Shown: in pieces, positions 60,152 to 64,000 of the stretch | How the letters are laid out: every line of letters starts with the position of its first letter | Numbering within the stretch: the first letter of the stretch is position 1 | Assembly (NCBI GenBank): GCA_963830915.1 | Contig: CAWHOE010000051.1 | Coordinates: 64,001-128,000, forward strand | Origin: a candidate division FCPU426 bacterium | GTDB taxonomy: Bacteria; Oederibacteriota; Muellerivitia; Muellerivitales; Muellerivitaceae | Direction of reading: 5' to 3' | Length of the DNA stretch: 64,000 bases | Made by a program: the position numbers and the translations under genes | Notes under the pieces: model-generated | Database searches by the model: none | The model's input: the letters and a program-made list of their open reading frames with translations, nothing else | Told to the model about the DNA's origin: nothing

Positions 60152-61780
60152 ATGACCAATATGTTCACTCATCTAACATTTCCAAGACGTATCTTTGGAT
60201 GTTTGCTAAGCGCTTGCTTGGTTTGGCTTTCATTCCCGAATTTCATTGAAAAATCAATTGATCCTTGGGGCGCTCCATTAGCTTGGATCGCGCTGGTTCC
60301 TTTATTCATCGCACTGAGGGGAACTTCGGCCAAACAAAGCGCATGGTTGGGTTTCGTTTTTGGGTTTTCGCAATTAGGTTCAATAGTCTATTGGATCGCC
60401 ATTTTGGAAGAAGCTAAATACCTTGGTTTTTGGGCATGGGGAGCTCTTGTTTTATATTTGAGTATTTATTTTCTTATATTCGGCTGGCTCTACACCCGAT
60501 CGATGGAAAAACTCAAACTTCCAGGACTTTGGGCGGCTCCTTTCATTTGGGTGGCTTTGGAATATATCCGAGGGTCACGGCCATGGGGTGGTTTTAATTG
60601 GGGCGAGATAGGATTCACTCAAGCTTCGAATCCTTCACTACTGTTTGTGACTTCTTTTACGGGTATATACGGGATGACATTTTTAATCGTTTGGGTGAAC
60701 GCGGCTTTCTCTGATGGGATTTACCGGTTAGGGGATCCATTGGTTGATTCGTCCCAAAAGCGTTTGAAAATGACAAGCCTCAAATATTTTCTTCTGCCGA
60801 TACTGGTCATGGGCGCTTTCTGGGGCATTGGAAAATATGAGATCGAATCAACGGTATTAACGAAAACGGGTACTGTTGTTTTATTACAACCGAACATCGA
60901 CCAGTCGGTTAAATGGAGCCGAGCGTTTGAAAAGGAAACCTATGCTAGGTATGAAAAGTTATTGACGGCTTCGGCTCCTTTACGGCCAGACTTGATCTTA
61001 TGGCCGGAAACCGGAGCCCCTGCTTATTTATTATGGGACCCAAAGGTTTTAGCGATGGTTTCAGGGATGGTGAAAAGAACCGGGACTCCTCAATTGGTTG
61101 GATGTTTGGATATTGAGAATGATAAGAAAGGAACCATCCGTTATTACAATGCGGCGGTTCACTTTGATATGTCGGGAAAACCCAAAGGTGTCTATAGGAA
61201 GAGGCATTTGGTACCCTTTGGAGAATTCATACCATTTCAAAAATATCTGAAATTTCTTGGCCCTATTGTCAGCAATCTAGGCAGTTTTGACTCTGGTAAA
61301 GAATACCAAAAGTTCCAAGCTAAAACCTTTACTTATTCCCCGAATATTTGTTATGAGGCTGTCTTTTCAAATGATGTCCGGCAGTCCTTGGCGAATCAGG
61401 CTGACGCAATTGTCAACATCAGCAATGACGCTTGGTATGGTCATACAGCGGCGGCATTCCAACATGCCTTGATGGAAGTAACAAGATCAGCCGAGGAGCG
61501 AAGACCTTTGCTGAGAGCCGCGAACACTGGTATTTCCTTGGTGACCGACCCTTTCGGCAGGATCATCCAATGGTCCCCTTTCTTTACCCAGGAACCCCTC
61601 CAAGGGGATGTGTTGATAGCGTCCAATAATCAAACCTTTTATTTCAAATACGGGAATTGGCTTCCTAGGTTATGTGTATTAATCACTTTTGGTTTGATTC
61701 TGATCCTTGTTTGGAAACGTAATAAGGAAAGGATATTCGCAAGGAACAATCAATTGTTCGACCGTATTCATTCACTCTGA
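60152..61780 (+). CDS. lnt: Apolipoprotein N-acyltransferase
   Basis: QPNI, WPE, KRHLVPFGEFIP, ICYE, SNDAWYG, RAANTGIS. Confidence 0.95.
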   Translation: MTNMFTHLTFPRRIFGCLLSACLVWLSFPNFIEKSIDPWGAPLAWIALVPLFIALRGTSAKQSAWLGFVFGFSQLGSIVYWIAILEEAKYLGFWAWGALVLYLSIYFLIFGWLYTRSMEKLKLPGLWAAPFIWVALEYIRGSRPWGGFNWGEIGFTQASNPSLLFVTSFTGIYGMTFLIVWVNAAFSDGIYRLGDPLVDSSQKRLKMTSLKYFLLPILVMGAFWGIGKYEIESTVLTKTGTVVLLQPNIDQSVKWSRAFEKETYARYEKLLTASAPLRPDLILWPETGAPAYLLWDPKVLAMVSGMVKRTGTPQLVGCLDIENDKKGTIRYYNAAVHFDMSGKPKGVYRKRHLVPFGEFIPFQKYLKFLGPIVSNLGSFDSGKEYQKFQAKTFTYSPNICYEAVFSNDVRQSLANQADAIVNISNDAWYGHTAAAFQHALMEVTRSAEERRPLLRAANTGISLVTDPFGRIIQWSPFFTQEPLQGDVLIASNNQTFYFKYGNWLPRLCVLITFGLILILVWKRNKERIFARNNQLFDRIHSL

Positions 61781-61783
61781 ACC

Positions 61784-62164
61784 ATGGCTCGACCCCAAAA
61801 CCCCCAACTACTTAAAGTTGCATCGGTCGATGAATTGAAAGATGGCCAATCAAAAAAGTTCAATGTTAAGCGCGGGGAACTGGTGACGGAAGCTTTTCTC
61901 ATTCGATTTAATGGAGGTTATTTCGCCTATTTAAATCTTTGCCGTCATTGGACCGTTGGCCTGGATTTTGATGACAACGATTTCTTTTCAGAGGACAAAA
62001 AATGGCTGGTTTGCAAGAACCACGGGGCTGTTTATCATCCGGAAACGGGGCAATGCGCGGGAGGGCCGTGCAATGGGGCCGGCTTATACCAGGTCCCATT
62101 GGCCGAACGAAAAGGGAATCTCTATGCCGATATCAAAGGGATTGATTGGGGTATAACGGAATGA
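61784..62164 (+). CDS. Rieske [2Fe-2S] domain protein
   Basis: NLCRH...LVCKNHGAVY..TGQCAGGPC. Confidence 0.9.
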   Translation: MARPQNPQLLKVASVDELKDGQSKKFNVKRGELVTEAFLIRFNGGYFAYLNLCRHWTVGLDFDDNDFFSEDKKWLVCKNHGAVYHPETGQCAGGPCNGAGLYQVPLAERKGNLYADIKGIDWGITE

Positions 62165-63220
62165 TCAGATAGGATGCAAACCGCGGCGGGTCAACCCGGT
62201 CGTTTCATCCAATCCGAACATAAGATTCATGTTTTGGACCCCGACATGGGCTCCGCCCTTACCGATACTATCGAGAACACTGAAGACCACGATACGATCC
62301 CTGGTCTCATCCACATCTAGGCCGATGTAGGAGAAGTTCGTTCCTGATACGCTATTGACCCAGGGATAGGGTTTATATTGCCAGGAAACACCCTGCTCTT
62401 TTGGAAGGTCGTATACTTTTACGAAATATTCATTCTTGTAAAATTCCTTATATAAACCCAGAAGTTTTGTTCGAGTGACTTTTTTCTTTGGAAAAACATG
62501 GCACACATCCAGGATCCCTCGGACGATCGGAACGTAGACAGGGGTGAAATGAACTTTCACCTTTCCCTTGGAAAGTGCCCCCAACTCCTGTTCCATCTCA
62601 TGGGTATGCCTATGGCCTACCACATTGTAGGGGATAAGGTTGTTACCTATCTCGGCGTGATGCGCGGGACGGGACAGATCGGCGCCGATACCAGCGGTTC
62701 CGGAAAGACCGTCGACAACGATCTTGGCTGTATCGATCAACCCTTCTTTAACCAGAGGGGCCAAACCAAGAATGGCTGCTGACGCAAAACAACCTGGATT
62801 GGCGATGAGATCAGATTTCTTGATCGCTTCTCGGTGCAATTCGGCGATCCCATAAACGGCTTTCCGAACAAGGTCCCAACTTTTATGTTTTTTCTGATAG
62901 ACCTTTTCCCAGTTTTTCCTGTCCGTTAAGCGAAAGTCTGCTCCAAGGTCGATGACCTTGCATCCTTTTTTCAAGAACTGAGGGGCCAACTCCATTGGAA
63001 CGCCAGTCGGTAAAGCCATGAATACAACATCGCAGGGCGTTGTCTGGTCTGGACGTATGAAATGAATACCTGCATCGTAAAGGTTCGGATGGTAATCGGA
63101 AACCTGTGAGTCGCTTCGACTGGTGGCCCAAGCAATCTCGACTTCAGGATGATCCATCAGGACTCGGAGTACCTCGCCGCCCATATAACCGGTGGCGCCG
63201 TAGATTCCAGCCTTTATCAT
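62165..63220 (-). CDS. argC: N-acetyl-gamma-glutamyl-phosphate reductase (ArgC/LysY family)
   Basis: GATGYMGGE, DLGADFRL, IANPGC, HRHTHE, VQNMNLMFG. Confidence 0.88.
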   Translation of the reverse strand: MIKAGIYGATGYMGGEVLRVLMDHPEVEIAWATSRSDSQVSDYHPNLYDAGIHFIRPDQTTPCDVVFMALPTGVPMELAPQFLKKGCKVIDLGADFRLTDRKNWEKVYQKKHKSWDLVRKAVYGIAELHREAIKKSDLIANPGCFASAAILGLAPLVKEGLIDTAKIVVDGLSGTAGIGADLSRPAHHAEIGNNLIPYNVVGHRHTHEMEQELGALSKGKVKVHFTPVYVPIVRGILDVCHVFPKKKVTRTKLLGLYKEFYKNEYFVKVYDLPKEQGVSWQYKPYPWVNSVSGTNFSYIGLDVDETRDRIVVFSVLDSIGKGGAHVGVQNMNLMFGLDETTGLTRRGLHPI

Positions 63221-63258
63221 GGAAGGCCTCCTAAGCTTGAAGGAATAAGAAGAATTAA

Positions 63259-63334
63259 TGGCGACCCCAACGGGAGTCGAACCCGTGTTGCCGGGATGAA
63301 AACCCGGTGTCCTAGGCCACTAGACGATGGGGTC
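63259..63334 (-). tRNA. trnE: tRNA-Glu (TTC)
   Basis: GACCCCA...CCGGG-TTTTCAT-CCCGG...GGTTCGACTCC...TGGGGTC-G-CCA; 76 nt. Confidence 0.96.
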
Positions 63335-63370
63335 GCATGAAACCGCTTTAAAACGTTCAAAAGAGAGCAA

Positions 63371-63399
63371 ATTCTAGGTGACCATTCATGGGAAGTCAA
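63371..63399 (-). promoter_or_regulatory. Putative sigma70 promoter for tRNA-Glu/argC
   Basis: On the minus strand, TTGACT-17 bp-TAGAAT. Confidence 0.55.
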
Positions 63400-63568
63400 G
63401 GAAAGGAACCTATCCGACAACTGATTAAACCATGCATTAGGGCTCAAGGGTTGAAAAAGAATGAAAGAGACGCTTGGGGAAGCGCTTTTAAATTAATTGA
63501 AAAAGTGAGATGACGATACCCGTTGGAAAAGATTATGATAACCAAGCTATTTTCAAATGGAGGGACCC

Positions 63569-64000
63569 ATGATGCGGAATGGATTGGCTTTGTTGTTCTG
63601 TGGATTATTAATCGCTGGATGCGGAGGAAACAGGATGGCTGATAAAGATAGCAAGGCCGGGGTTGAAAGTCAGGTGGCATCCGGAAATCCGAAAGTTTTG
63701 TTTGAGACTACCCAAGGTTCCTTTACGGTAGAACTTTTCGCCGATGTTCCTACAACGACCAAGAATTTCGTAGATCTTGTTTCATCCGGATTTTATAACG
63801 GACTTACCTTTCACCGGTATGTGCCAGGATTCGTTATTCAGGGAGGGGATCCATCAGGTACGGGAGGTGGTGGATCGGAAAAAACCATACCATTGGAAAT
63901 CGTTCCAACCCATAAACATGATAAAGGGGCTATGGGAATGGCAAGAAACAGTGATCCTAACTCGGCATCGAGCCAATTTTATTTCTGTTTAGCGGATGCG
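63569..64000 (+). CDS. Cyclophilin-type peptidyl-prolyl isomerase, lipoprotein (3' truncated; absent from ORF track)
   Basis: Manual translation: [18 protein letters not shown] (lipobox)...[21 protein letters not shown]...[28 protein letters not shown]. Confidence 0.92.
   Translation, partial: MMRNGLALLFCGLLIAGCGGNRMADKDSKAGVESQVASGNPKVLFETTQGSFTVELFADVPTTTKNFVDLVSSGFYNGLTFHRYVPGFVIQGGDPSGTGGGGSEKTIPLEIVPTHKHDKGAMGMARNSDPNSASSQFYFCLADA

Noticed and set aside
62165..63334. Island at the tRNA-Glu 3' end
   Set aside because: No integrase or att-like duplication; neighbours are metabolic genes.
63149..63447. Short ORFs around 63.2-63.4 kb
   Set aside because: They overlap tRNA-Glu and its promoter.
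63777..63992. 71-aa ORF in the track
   Set aside because: Out-of-frame overlap with the cyclophilin CDS that starts at 63569.

Overview
Gene-dense bacterial chromosomal window from a diderm (LPS-making) organism, almost all on the + strand. It has no integrase, transposase, phage gene, CRISPR array or rRNA. Left part (1-19.9 kb): TPR and DUF2723 (TMEM260-like glycosyltransferase) genes, a PilT-TPR fusion ATPase and a TsaP-like protein. These lead into a tightly coupled CheC/CheD-type chemosensory operon with no chemoreceptor, which carries two long TPR proteins, an MshEN-CheW fusion and a divergent P-II protein, and is followed by a degenerate GGDEF protein and dprA-topA. Middle: argB, nrdR, DUF1015, eno, cysM-mec, tmRNA, a beta-helix protein, PilZ, skp-lpxD-lpxC/fabZ-lpxA-lpxI and lptFG. 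Right: a putative small peptide with a LytS/LytTR pair, followed by a ~2000-aa SprA-like (T9SS translocon-like) barrel and a 1570-aa FN3/Thr-Pro cargo-like protein with a T9SS-type C-terminal domain. Then comF, gap-nfeD-SPFH-pgk-tpiA-secG, LacI, lnt, Rieske, argC/lysY, tRNA-Glu and a cyclophilin. Three single-base frameshifts (lpxD, sprA-like, nfeD) look like sequencing errors. The best candidates for an undescribed system are the P-II/MshEN-CheW/TPR/PilT chemosensory locus and the LytTR-linked SprA-like export locus. All calls come from reading motifs by eye; no database searches were run.
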